Positions 27,113 to 35,925 of a stretch of DNA of 45,487 nt are shown here, piece by piece. Origin of the DNA: a virus (taxonomy: Duplodnaviria; Caudoviricetes); IMG/VR virus record IMGVR_UViG_3300048574_000442, positions 1 through 45,487 of that record; one strand, given 5' to 3'. Every line of letters starts with the position of its first letter. Position 1 is the first letter of the stretch. The notes under the pieces are model-generated. The model saw nothing but the letters and a program-made list of their open reading frames with translations. It ran no database searches and was not told where the DNA came from. Position numbers and translations under genes: made by a program.

Positions 27113-28969
27113 TCAATACTCCAGTCCCTTGTTGACTACGCCATACTGCCGGTTCTGTTTGCTGCGCTGAACCCTTTTTAAATAACGGACCCCGATGTTC
27201 TCGGCGGCGGCGGCGGAATAGACTGAACAATCCAGCAGATGGTTTACCGCATGGCTCGACACCGGGAGATATTGCATCGTTATCTTCTTGGATTTCTTAT
27301 CCTGGGTTTCGACCTTCTTTTCAGAGCAAATCTGATCCGCGAATTCCCTGGGGCAGTCTTTAAACAGGGTCCAGGAACCGATGGTTTCCGGGTCTTTTTC
27401 CAGCCTTCCGAAGATAAAATCCTTGAAATAGGTGGTGTCAACCTCATACAGTTTCAAGCCGTCAAACCACTGCTTGCCGTTTTTCATCCGTTCGATGGTT
27501 GAAATATGAATCGGCGCGGTTAATTTCCGGTTCGCGCCCTTGGCCGGAAGGCAGATTTGCCGGTGAATGGCGCAGAAATCATAAACCGCATCCGTATCAT
27601 AGCCTGAGTCAACCATGGCCCGCATCACCCGGAATTCCTGGCCGGTTTCATTCCGGAAACGCCTTTCAATCAGAACTTCTTCAAGGTCGGCCCAAGTTTC
27701 CACCCGGCCATAGTCAACCAGCCGGCCTGTGAATCCCTCGGTCCAGGCGTGGACCGCAAACCAAAAATGGTCTTTTTGGCGGTCAACCCCGGCGGTGAGT
27801 ATGCATTCCCCGGCTTCAAAGGGGACAACGCCACGGCCCGTTTCATGTTGCTTGTTTAAAATAAAATCGGATTTAAACGAGTTGGTTCTGTTGCGCCAGG
27901 GTTCCGCCAGCCATGAATTGACGAAGTTCATGAGTTTTTCCGGAAAATCCTTGGATAAAATGAACTCCGCCGCCACTTTTCCGAAGGTAATCATGGGGGA
28001 ATAGATTGAATTCAAGTGATAACCGATCTTTTTCACCCTGCCCTGCGGCATGAATGCTGGATAGAATTTGCCGGTATCGGAATCGTAGCGAACGGGCCGC
28101 CATTCCCCGCTGCGCAGCATTTGTTTTTTATGGCGGCTTTCTTCAATGATCATCTTGCATTCTTCGCACTCATACCATGACAACTCTTCCACTTGACGGG
28201 CTTTTTCCTTGTAATCTTCAATTTGATTCAATTCCTCCGGCCATTTGATTTGGGATAATTTAAAGGTTTGGTAATGGCCGCAGTGGGGACAAGGGACAAA
28301 AAACTGCTTGATGACATCGGAGGATAAAAAAGCCCTCCATATAGGCTTGCTTTCTATGGTGGGCGTAGACCATTTATATATTTTGCGGTTCCGGAAGTTT
28401 TTCGACCGTTCGGTGCCAAGGCTGATGGGATCGGATTCATCGCCCGTAAAATCCGGGTATTTGTCAACCTCGTCAAAAATGATTCTGCCGATTGGCTTGG
28501 AAGCGAGCTGGCCGGGGGAGTTGGCCCCGACCAGCGAGATGTACATTCCTGGGAATTGTAACTCCAGTTTCTTGGACTTTGCTTCCAGCCACTTTCGCCG
28601 TAATGGTTCGCAAAGCTCGATCATCGGCTTGATCCGGTTATCGCTCGTATATTCCGCCAGTTTCTCGGAAGGGTAAACCACCAGAATGGAAGCCGGTTCC
28701 TGATCGATGATGTATCCAAGAATGTTATGGCCGGTTTCGGTGCCACCGACCTGGGTTGGTTTGCAAAAAGCCACCTCTTCGATATACGGGTCGTTATACG
28801 TATCCATAATCTCCCGCAAATATGGGGTTAAGTCGGTTTTCCACTTCATATTGGCGCTGGTTATGGATGTCTTGGCATTGATGATCCGGTTTTTATCCGC
28901 CCATTCTGAAACCGTCAGTTTCTCCGGGGGTTTCCATGCTGCTAGTTCGCCTTGAAGCCATTGAATCAT
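27113..28969 (-). CDS. terL: Terminase large subunit (GpA family)
   Basis: TVSEWAD, KPTQVGGTE, FDEVD, STPT, VPCPHC, AGVD and NHLLDC motifs. Confidence 0.96.
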   Translation of the reverse strand: MIQWLQGELAAWKPPEKLTVSEWADKNRIINAKTSITSANMKWKTDLTPYLREIMDTYNDPYIEEVAFCKPTQVGGTETGHNILGYIIDQEPASILVVYPSEKLAEYTSDNRIKPMIELCEPLRRKWLEAKSKKLELQFPGMYISLVGANSPGQLASKPIGRIIFDEVDKYPDFTGDESDPISLGTERSKNFRNRKIYKWSTPTIESKPIWRAFLSSDVIKQFFVPCPHCGHYQTFKLSQIKWPEELNQIEDYKEKARQVEELSWYECEECKMIIEESRHKKQMLRSGEWRPVRYDSDTGKFYPAFMPQGRVKKIGYHLNSIYSPMITFGKVAAEFILSKDFPEKLMNFVNSWLAEPWRNRTNSFKSDFILNKQHETGRGVVPFEAGECILTAGVDRQKDHFWFAVHAWTEGFTGRLVDYGRVETWADLEEVLIERRFRNETGQEFRVMRAMVDSGYDTDAVYDFCAIHRQICLPAKGANRKLTAPIHISTIERMKNGKQWFDGLKLYEVDTTYFKDFIFGRLEKDPETIGSWTLFKDCPREFADQICSEKKVETQDKKSKKITMQYLPVSSHAVNHLLDCSVYSAAAAENIGVRYLKRVQRSKQNRQYGVVNKGLEY

Positions 28970-28978
28970 ATTATCACA

Positions 28979-29521
28979 TCACTTTATACCCCGCTTTTTC
29001 GGTTTTGGTGTGTATTTCCCGGTTCGCGCGTATTGGTCGAGATAGTTGTAGACCTCCTCCGCGACCATTTTTTCAACTTCAATCCGGATACCCGGATCGC
29101 TGATCTCGCTGCCGATCTTCTTGGATAAGGCGAGCAAACTGTTTTTAATCTCAATGATCCGCATCGCCCATTCTTGCTCGACTTCGAATTTCTTGTAATA
29201 CTCGCCGATTAAAATTTCATTTTCAAGCTTTTTCTCTTTAACTTGTTCCTCTTTCAGATCAGCTTCGGCCCGCAGTTTCCTCGCGAAATCGCTTTCCTCG
29301 CCTTCGCCGTTGCGCCATTCCATGATGGCTTTGATATCCCACCATCCGGTGCTGTTTTTTAACGCCCCGCCGGACTTCTCATCCCAGTTTAAAAGGGTCC
29401 GGGCGGAGACATTAAAAAACTCGGCGGTTTTTTCCGAGTTTAGGTAAAACTTTTCATTATCGATCCAGAGCCACCGGGGAACGGATTCCTTGGGCTTTCT
29501 TGGGGTTGCCATGGTATCCAC
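28979..29521 (-). CDS. terS: Terminase small subunit (Nu1-like)
   Basis: N-terminal HTH (AEFFNVSARTLLNW) then coiled coil; directly upstream of terL. Confidence 0.85.
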   Translation of the reverse strand: MDTMATPRKPKESVPRWLWIDNEKFYLNSEKTAEFFNVSARTLLNWDEKSGGALKNSTGWWDIKAIMEWRNGEGEESDFARKLRAEADLKEEQVKEKKLENEILIGEYYKKFEVEQEWAMRIIEIKNSLLALSKKIGSEISDPGIRIEVEKMVAEEVYNYLDQYARTGKYTPKPKKRGIK

Positions 29522-29579
29522 CTGTTATATGGGATTATGGAACGATTGAACCTCGAAAAAATTTTGATAGCCAGAAAAT

Positions 29580-29630
29580 GGCTGCGCCTGCGCCGACCCC
29601 CGCCTATTTTTCGCTTCTGGAAGTACCTAC
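29580..29630 (-). other. Candidate cos packaging site
   Basis: GC-rich GGGGTCGGCGCA preceded about 21 nt upstream by AGGTACT, resembling the lambda cosQ/cosN layout, just upstream of terS. Confidence 0.45.
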
Positions 29631-29697
29631 CAACAGGGTTTAATAATCAATCATAGTTCGGGTGGCCTTGGCAAACTTGAGTTTGTTTTTTTGGCGT

Positions 29698-30486
29698 TCA
29701 AACTAAAGCCAGTCTAGGATTGATAATGTCATCCACATAACTTTGTGATACTTCAATGCCTATATAATTGCGCCCATTTTTCTTTGCCATTTTCAGCGTA
29801 GTTCCGCTTCCAGCCATCGGATCTAGAACGAGATCTCCAGGATTAGACCAGGATAATATATGATCTTCCGCTAACCTTTCTGGAAAAATGGCGGGGTGTT
29901 TATGTGCAATCTTATCTTTTATTGGTCCCACAAAATAACTCCAAATATTTGACTTGATTTTCATAGTTTTAATTGGTTTGTCTGCACCATTACATTTTTT
30001 TAGCTCTCCATTTTGTAATCTGTAGGTTCCGTTTTTTTGATTACCTGCAAATTTACATTGCACATATAGCGGATTAAATGTTTTTGGGACACCCTTTGAA
30101 AATATAAACATATATTCAAACGCCGGTACATATCTGCGATGATTATTTGGCATTGGGTTAGACTTTTGATAAATCATGGTATCATGAAGATTAAAATCTA
30201 TTTCTTTGAAATATAAGGCTTGTTTAAAGCTTGTCCCGGTTTCAGTTCCATTAATTGTTGCATCTCCCACAATCCAAACAATTACTCCTCCCGGTTTAGT
30301 TACCCGGTAGAGTTCTTTTGCTATCTCTTGAAAATTAAAATGATAACCATTATAGGTTCTAAGGTTATCATAAGGCGGACTTGTAACTGTTAAATCGATA
30401 AAATTACTGGGAAATTCTTTTAAAATTTCTTCCGCTTTTCCACAAAAAACTTTATTAATCATTGCAATGTCACGCATTAGATCCAT
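29698..30486 (-). CDS. Orphan DNA methyltransferase, N4/N6 family (beta class, probably m4C)
   Basis: TSPPY, HPAIFP and LDPMAGSGTT motifs; noticeably more AT-rich than its neighbours. Confidence 0.9.
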   Translation of the reverse strand: MDLMRDIAMINKVFCGKAEEILKEFPSNFIDLTVTSPPYDNLRTYNGYHFNFQEIAKELYRVTKPGGVIVWIVGDATINGTETGTSFKQALYFKEIDFNLHDTMIYQKSNPMPNNHRRYVPAFEYMFIFSKGVPKTFNPLYVQCKFAGNQKNGTYRLQNGELKKCNGADKPIKTMKIKSNIWSYFVGPIKDKIAHKHPAIFPERLAEDHILSWSNPGDLVLDPMAGSGTTLKMAKKNGRNYIGIEVSQSYVDDIINPRLALV

Positions 30487-31398
30487 TTAAAACAGCCCCA
30501 ATTGATTGTCTTCGCGTTCTCTGTATTCGAAACTTTCATAAGGAATATGTTCCAGCCATCGTAATTTGTTATAGTAATTCATCATGCGCTTGAGTTCGTG
30601 ATCCGTCCATCCCGGCGCTATAAATTCATTTTTTCTTTTCGCGTCCAGCGGTTGAAACCGCATGGCGTTTGGCCTGATTTTCCAGCTTCGAACTAAGTCC
30701 AGCCGGTAGCGCGCATCTTCGGGCGTATCGTTGTAACCGATTAAAACATAGACGCCGATGTTGTTGGTGGCCCGGTTTCTGCAAATATCAATGGCGGTTT
30801 TGACCTTTGCTTCAAGATTTATATGGTCGAAGGCGAATCTAACTTTACATTTCAAATTCCCAAGCAGGTCGGCAAGCTCCATCGTAAACCTTCCGGCTTC
30901 AAGCCCTTGGTTAAAATCGACTTCCGAAAAAGCCTTGAGTTTTTCAATGACTCTCTCTTGATGATTGCGGCTTGCGGCAGTAAAATTGTTGTCACAAACT
31001 ACCGGGGCCGGTCGGAAATCAGCAATCTCCCGGAATTCTCCCTCCAGTTTGGGGACGGCGCAAAACCCGCAACCATTTGGGCATCCCCTGGTCGTAAAGG
31101 TCGCGCATGGATTGTGAAAGAGCAGCGGTTCGAATCCGGCTGGGCATTCAACTTGTTTCATGGTTCCGGGACCGCCAATGAGAAATGGCCCCTTGTGATA
31201 TACCGGCTTATTTGAACCATCAACCTTCCACGGTTCTTTTCCTTCCGCGATCCGGATTGCTTTTTCCATCTCCCAGGTGAAGGGAACCGAGATATATAGC
31301 GTTTTATCGCATTTCCAAGCAGCGATTCCCTTGCGCCATTGATGCAAATTCTCCACATCCCTAAATAAACGCAGTTGTGATGCTTGTTTTCTTTGCAC
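30487..31398 (-). CDS. Radical SAM protein with a reduced B12-binding-like N-terminus
   Basis: TTRGCPNGCGFC (CxxxCxxC), DNNF, VDFNQGL, FAFD and YVLIGY; N-terminal YISVPFTW and IGGPG. Start codon uncertain. Confidence 0.85.
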   Translation of the reverse strand: MQRKQASQLRLFRDVENLHQWRKGIAAWKCDKTLYISVPFTWEMEKAIRIAEGKEPWKVDGSNKPVYHKGPFLIGGPGTMKQVECPAGFEPLLFHNPCATFTTRGCPNGCGFCAVPKLEGEFREIADFRPAPVVCDNNFTAASRNHQERVIEKLKAFSEVDFNQGLEAGRFTMELADLLGNLKCKVRFAFDHINLEAKVKTAIDICRNRATNNIGVYVLIGYNDTPEDARYRLDLVRSWKIRPNAMRFQPLDAKRKNEFIAPGWTDHELKRMMNYYNKLRWLEHIPYESFEYREREDNQLGLF

Positions 31399-31404
31399 AT
31401 TGGC

Positions 31405-31433
31405 TTGACGTATTTACGTAAATACGTTATAAT
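31405..31433 (+). promoter_or_regulatory. Near-consensus sigma-A promoter overlapped by a perfect 20-bp palindromic operator
   Basis: TTGACG(31405)-17 nt-TATAAT(31428); ACGTATTTAC|GTAAATACGT at 31408-31427. Confidence 0.85.
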
Positions 31434-31467
31434 TAGAATATAAGCTAAAACAAAGGAGAAATTGACG

Positions 31468-31659
31468 ATGGATAACGGAAAATTGATTATTGACAAGCCC
31501 GATTTCAAAGCATACGACCTCGGAATCACCAAGCATGATGGCAAACTATATCGTTTAAGAGAATGCCTTGAGCTAATAGAAGGGCATTGGGAAGGGTTCG
31601 TTTCAATGCACCCGGTAAAACAGGAGGAACAAAATGATCAACCTGAAACTGAAAAATGA
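31468..31659 (+). CDS. Small hypothetical protein, first gene of an antisense-oriented moron
   Basis: RBS AAGGAG, ATG at 31468; downstream of the palindrome promoter. Confidence 0.65.
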   Translation: MDNGKLIIDKPDFKAYDLGITKHDGKLYRLRECLELIEGHWEGFVSMHPVKQEEQNDQPETEK

Positions 31660-31774
31660 TGCGCTTGAAAGTCAGTTGGGCCACTTCCTGGCGGATCACC
31701 CGGAATATAAATCCCAAACCCAGTTTATTGAACAAGCCATCAAGGAAAAATTGGAACGCGAGACTAAAACATAA
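31634..31774 (+). CDS. Ribbon-helix-helix protein, 46 aa
   Basis: Not in the ORF track. RBS AGGAGG; MINLKLKNDALESQLGHFLADHPEYKSQTQFIEQAIKEKLERETKT (strand, helix, S.T.FI..AI.EKL). Confidence 0.75.
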   Translation: MINLKLKNDALESQLGHFLADHPEYKSQTQFIEQAIKEKLERETKT

Positions 31775-31786
31775 GGCTTTTACGGC

Positions 31787-32602
31787 TTATGTATCCTCCC
31801 ACATATTACCAGCATGGTTTTGTGTCGCATCGTTTTGCATCATCGCTGTTTCCCCGATCCTCTCTTTGGCCATCTCGAAATAATGCGGGTCCAATTCGAT
31901 CCCAATAAAAAACCGCCCCGTATTCAGAGCGGCCACCCCGGTCGTCCCGGACCCCATGCAATTATCGAGGACCGTCTGGCCCGGATTGGTATAAGTTTTA
32001 ATCAAATATTCACATAAGGCAACCGGCTTTTCGGTGGAATGCATCCCTTTATGATTGGGGACGCATTTGAAATCCAACACCGTGGTCGGGAATCTCTCGC
32101 CGTTATCAACCCAAACATAATCCTTCGCTTTCTGGCCGCGAATATTGATAAACTTGGTCTTGTATTGATTTTGGCGGCTTACGCCATGATTTTTTGTCGC
32201 CTTGGTCATTTGGGGGTTATATACCGGCTGTTTCCGATAAAAGACCAAAAGATTTTCATGGCTTTTAATGGGCCGGTAATGGGCGTTCATAAAGCCGGAC
32301 TTTTTGTTCTTCACCCAAATCCACTCGTATCGAAAATATTTCGGGTTATGGTCAATTAATTTGTTGGTAAAGGGCTGGCTGCTGAAAAGAACAATCGCCG
32401 AATTCTCCTTGGTTACCCGGTGATATTGCTCCCACAACGGCTCCAGCGGGACAATCTTGTCCCATTTGCAATCGGTGGTCCCATAAGGCAAATCACAGAG
32501 AATCATGTCCACGGATTGGTCCGGTATGTGCCGCATAATTTCAAGGCAATCCCCCTGATAAAGCAAAAAAGACGGGTTCCCCGTCTTATCATGGTTTTCC
32601 AT
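31787..32602 (-). CDS. Orphan DNA adenine methyltransferase, N4/N6 family
   Basis: GDCLE, CDLPYG, HSTEKP and LDNCMGSGTT motifs. Confidence 0.92.
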   Translation of the reverse strand: MENHDKTGNPSFLLYQGDCLEIMRHIPDQSVDMILCDLPYGTTDCKWDKIVPLEPLWEQYHRVTKENSAIVLFSSQPFTNKLIDHNPKYFRYEWIWVKNKKSGFMNAHYRPIKSHENLLVFYRKQPVYNPQMTKATKNHGVSRQNQYKTKFINIRGQKAKDYVWVDNGERFPTTVLDFKCVPNHKGMHSTEKPVALCEYLIKTYTNPGQTVLDNCMGSGTTGVAALNTGRFFIGIELDPHYFEMAKERIGETAMMQNDATQNHAGNMWEDT

Positions 32603-32676
32603 ATTTACTTAAACCCCCTGGTCCCAATCCCCCAATAGTTCGCGCCATTGGGCGCGCGGGAATTAGATGGTGAAAA

Positions 32677-32706
32677 CAAAAAAAGCGCCCCAATTCGGAA
32701 CGCTTT
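32677..32706 (-). terminator. Intrinsic terminator just downstream of the predicted late promoter
   Basis: Minus strand AAAGCGTTCC-GAATT-GGGGCGCTTT followed by a T-run. Confidence 0.65.
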
Positions 32707-32733
32707 CATTGGCTTACAGTATTTACTATCTTG

Positions 32734-32787
32734 ATAATATCACAAATTAAGTGACGTTTCGTGACCATTAAGTGATTTTTTGTGACA
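32734..32787 (-). promoter_or_regulatory. Late promoter with helically phased activator repeats
   Basis: GTGA(C) at 32751, 32761, 32772 and 32782 (ATTAAGTGA twice) overlapping the activator stop codon; TGnTATTAT -10 on the minus strand. Confidence 0.6.
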
Positions 32788-33214
32788 TCTTTTGAATTGC
32801 CTTTTCAAATAAGCGGATGCAATGTTCTCTTGAGAAATGAAGCTCCTTGGCGATTACCGGCCACGGTTTCGGCCTAATATGGAAAATCCTGGCGTCAATT
32901 ATCTTCCTTTCAACCGGCGATAGAAGGGCCAGTAGTTTCTCCGCTTTATTAAGCATATCGTGCAAGTCGTTTATCTCTTTCCCGATCCCCGCAATCCGTA
33001 AACAATAAATATCCACCGCTGCTTGCGCCGCCTCGTAAGTCTTATCCGACGTTCCAGATCCGTGAGGCATTCCCGTAATTAATACCGCTTTTAAAGTATT
33101 AATTATCTCTTGATGATCCGAAATGGCTTGCCTTAGTTCTTCCTTTTTCTTTTCCAACTCTTCTGGTATATATGGATATGCTTCAAGCAGCCTTTGAATT
33201 TCGGACTGTTTCAT
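32768..33214 (-). CDS. ArpU/RinA-like late transcriptional activator
   Basis: GMPHGSG.SD.T motif and C-terminal sigma region-4-like HTH (WPVIAKELHFSREHC). Confidence 0.85.
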   Translation of the reverse strand: MKQSEIQRLLEAYPYIPEELEKKKEELRQAISDHQEIINTLKAVLITGMPHGSGTSDKTYEAAQAAVDIYCLRIAGIGKEINDLHDMLNKAEKLLALLSPVERKIIDARIFHIRPKPWPVIAKELHFSREHCIRLFEKAIQKMSQKIT

Positions 33215-33588
33215 CAGGTATCTCCTTCCTTAACTTCTTCGATCTCTATCTCAACCCGTGGGTTTTGCCGGTCGATCTGAAAGTCATGGGTGATTCCCAG
33301 GATAAATTTCCAAGTATCTTTTTGAATCTTTCCCGCTTTAACAAGGCCGTCAAAGATAAACTTTTGTCCGGCCATCACGTTGTCCGGGTCGCGCCGTTTC
33401 GTCCGGGCATACCAGACGATGTGTGCCTTGATTGGGTTCTCAAACTTTGGAAGAGAATAGGCAATCCAAGCGATCATATCCGTGTAAAACTCTTTCATAC
33501 TGGCATAACTTCCGAAATGATTTTTCGATGCGTCAATGATTTCATTTAGTCCCGGTAATTCACCGGGAATGCTTAATTTAGCCTTCAT
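33214..33588 (-). CDS. rusA: RusA-family Holliday junction resolvase
   Basis: Likely start MKAKLSIPGELPGLN at 33588; RRDPDN..KFIFDGL..IQKD and PRVEIEI motifs. Confidence 0.85.
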   Translation of the reverse strand: MKAKLSIPGELPGLNEIIDASKNHFGSYASMKEFYTDMIAWIAYSLPKFENPIKAHIVWYARTKRRDPDNVMAGQKFIFDGLVKAGKIQKDTWKFILGITHDFQIDRQNPRVEIEIEEVKEGDT

Positions 33589-33976
33589 TGTTTTTGCCTT
33601 TCCGCCATTCCAGCCAAAGAACGATAATCGGCACTGTCCACCATCCAAGGAACCCGGCTTTGTCGTCAAAATACCAATCCGCCCCGATCTTCCGGGTATC
33701 GCTATATTTCTCAATCAATTCCCGGCAGTTTTCGTTGTAATAATCAAAATCCAATCCGTTATCCTTTAAAACCCATTGGGCGTTACAAAAAGGGCATTCG
33801 TGATTATCCAAACCAGTTTGGCTGCATTCCCGGCAAGTGTTTAAAATCAAGATATGCCCCCGCTTTCTAAGCCATCTCAGCCAAAACCGCGCTCCAAACC
33901 GAAACTGCCCAACCTTTGGGTATTTGTTTCGCCATATGGTGCCATCCGCATCGATAGCCAATATCAACTTTTTCAT
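33578..33976 (-). CDS. HAD-superfamily phosphatase-like protein
   Basis: AIDADGTI, TCR and KIGADWYFDDK motifs. Confidence 0.8.
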   Translation of the reverse strand: MKKLILAIDADGTIWRNKYPKVGQFRFGARFWLRWLRKRGHILILNTCRECSQTGLDNHECPFCNAQWVLKDNGLDFDYYNENCRELIEKYSDTRKIGADWYFDDKAGFLGWWTVPIIVLWLEWRKGKNNEG

Positions 33977-33991
33977 CGCAAGTATTCTCCC

Positions 33992-34207
33992 TTAACCTTT
34001 CGAAGTTTTTAACGAACCAATATCGCGGCAATACGTCTGTTTCTCCCATGTTTCGGGATCGAATACCGTGCATGGCCTAAAAGATTTATAATTTTTGCAA
34101 TAGGTTGCATCACACTCATAACAAACCTTTCTTTTACAACCCCAGCACCGGCTATTACCGCATTGTTCAGGGTTACAACCGATCACCTTAACTCTTGTGG
34201 GTTTCAT
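33992..34207 (-). CDS. Small Cys-rich hypothetical protein
   Basis: 71 aa with multiple Cys; ATGA overlap with the DnaC-like gene. Confidence 0.55.
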   Translation of the reverse strand: MKPTRVKVIGCNPEQCGNSRCWGCKRKVCYECDATYCKNYKSFRPCTVFDPETWEKQTYCRDIGSLKTSKG

Positions 34208-35166
34208 TTGTCTTTTTTTCTCCAGTCATCGAATATCATTTCAATTCCCCGGCACATCTCCCATAACCGGGAAGTTACCGCCCCGGCGGTGTCGCAGTTC
34301 CGATCCGTGGTTAGTTTCCGGGGTAAATCATCGATGTTGTAATTGGTTGTTACAATTAGCGGCAGGTTGTTTTCATAGCGGGCGTTAATTATCAGGTAGA
34401 GTTTTTCAAGCACCCATTCGTTAACCCGTTCCTTGCCTAAATCATCCAGGACCAGTAATTCGATGGTGCTGTATAAATCAATAATCTCGCTTTCCGACTC
34501 CTTGACTTCCCCGCTATATGACTCCTTCAGTTTGCCCAACAGGGTAATGGTGGTCCCAAAAATAACGGGTATTCCCCGGTTAAGTAATTGGTTTGTTATG
34601 GCGGCGGCCAGATGGGTCTTCCCGGTTCCATAAGTGCCGTTAAAAATAAGCCCGATGCCTTGGGATTTGTATTTATCAAACTCCGTTGCATATTTCAGGG
34701 CGGTTTCATAGGCCGCTTTATTTTGATCGTTCAGCTTGAAATTCCCAAAAGTCCGGGCTTTGAAGCGTTCGCCCAGCCTGCTTTGTTTAAAAAGCCCTTC
34801 GACTTTGGCCTTGAATGCGGCGCGCCTTAATATTTCGGCCTCTTCCTGCCTCCGTTGTTCTTCCTTGGCGTCGTATGCTTCCCAAAATTCAACGGCGGCT
34901 GGGCAAGTGCAACGTTCCGGGCTTTGGTTCCAATGCATTATTTGGTTTTTAAAAGGGTGCTTGATGCCCCGGTGATATAGGACACGGGCGCAAAACTGGC
35001 AAACCGATGGGACGGGAACATTATCACCTAAATCGATGCCGTGATTTTCCGCTTCTTCCGGCGTGAACCATCCGGTATCGTCAGTCAAGTTTCCGGCTGT
35101 TGAACCGTTTGGCTTCATCGGAAGGTGGCCGAGCGTTCGGTCGAATATCCGGCCTATGTGTTCCAT
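34204..35166 (-). CDS. DnaC/IstB-like helicase loader ATPase
   Basis: Likely start MEHIG at 35166; GTYGTGKT, LLVLDDLGKE, TTN and SRL..M motifs; N-terminal Cys cluster. Confidence 0.9.
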   Translation of the reverse strand: MEHIGRIFDRTLGHLPMKPNGSTAGNLTDDTGWFTPEEAENHGIDLGDNVPVPSVCQFCARVLYHRGIKHPFKNQIMHWNQSPERCTCPAAVEFWEAYDAKEEQRRQEEAEILRRAAFKAKVEGLFKQSRLGERFKARTFGNFKLNDQNKAAYETALKYATEFDKYKSQGIGLIFNGTYGTGKTHLAAAITNQLLNRGIPVIFGTTITLLGKLKESYSGEVKESESEIIDLYSTIELLVLDDLGKERVNEWVLEKLYLIINARYENNLPLIVTTNYNIDDLPRKLTTDRNCDTAGAVTSRLWEMCRGIEMIFDDWRKKDK

Positions 35167-35887
35167 TGGAAGCCTCCCTTTCTTTGCGCCATTCCTCGGC
35201 CTTGGCGAACCAATTTTCAAGCTGGCCGTGGGGTTTCGATTTTTCCTTCAAAGGCTCGTCGATCTTGCGGGCCACCCAGCTTTTAACTTGTTGCAGGATA
35301 TTGAGCTTCGGGAAATCAACCGCCAGCTTGCGAATAAACGCCAACTCCGTTTGATAATTGAACTTGTAGCCTTTCACCGATTTTAATTCTTTTAAGATTT
35401 CGCGTTCGACTTCGGTAGTGTCGGGAGGAAGCTCTCCCAACCCATCCCTATCCATACCCAAACCCAACCCATCCCTACCCAACCCATAGGGGAATGACTC
35501 CGTAAAGGTTCCCGGAAGATTCCCGGAAGATTGGAGGAATGTTTCCGGAACCGGTGGAATCTTTGAAGGCGTAGGATATTTAGGCTTTTGATAGTCCTTC
35601 CATTTCAAAAATGCCAGGTATTCTTCGTTATCAACTTGATACAAAACCAAGTTTTTATTAACTTCCAAAACCCTATCCCGGATCGCTTTGACTTGTTCAA
35701 CGGTTAGATCGTCATACTTAAAAATGATTGACCGCAGATAAGCCGGATCGCCAAGCATTCTTCCTTCGTCATCCGCATTGGAGAAACAGCCGATAAAGAA
35801 CAACCGTTCAATAGGGCGTAATCTGGCTATTTTTTTGTCGTCCCACAGGCTGGGATGAATGAATCTTTGTCTAGCCAATCCCATCAT
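35081..35887 (-). CDS. Phage replication initiator
   Basis: ARQRFIHPSLW, ADDEGR and W..YQK N-terminal domain; internal repeats; upstream of the loader. Confidence 0.85.
   Translation of the reverse strand: MMGLARQRFIHPSLWDDKKIARLRPIERLFFIGCFSNADDEGRMLGDPAYLRSIIFKYDDLTVEQVKAIRDRVLEVNKNLVLYQVDNEEYLAFLKWKDYQKPKYPTPSKIPPVPETFLQSSGNLPGTFTESFPYGLGRDGLGLGMDRDGLGELPPDTTEVEREILKELKSVKGYKFNYQTELAFIRKLAVDFPKLNILQQVKSWVARKIDEPLKEKSKPHGQLENWFAKAEEWRKEREASNGTHRPDIRPNARPPSDEAKRFNSRKLD
35436..35550. repeat. Iteron-like repeats inside the initiator gene (probable origin)
   Basis: TTCCCGGAAGA twice in tandem (35509-35530), TTTCCGGAA at 35542, and CCCAACCCAT(CCCTA) three times. Confidence 0.6.
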
Positions 35888-35925
35888 CTCCAGTAAAGCC
35901 GGTGTTGTTCCGAGCGGGGAACAAT

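Noticed and set aside
9734-28955. Many antisense and alternative-frame ORFs in the structural region
   Set aside because: They overlap well-supported phage genes, lack motifs and RBSs, and are expected shadows of GC-rich codon usage.
30487-31398. QueE / 7-deazaguanine modification pathway
   Set aside because: The sequence lacks QueE-type motifs and no queC, queD, folE or dpdA genes are present.
31656-31883. ORF-track 75-aa ORF
   Set aside because: The overlapping frame 31634-31774 has a strong RBS and an RHH pattern; the 75-aa ORF runs antisense into the MTase.
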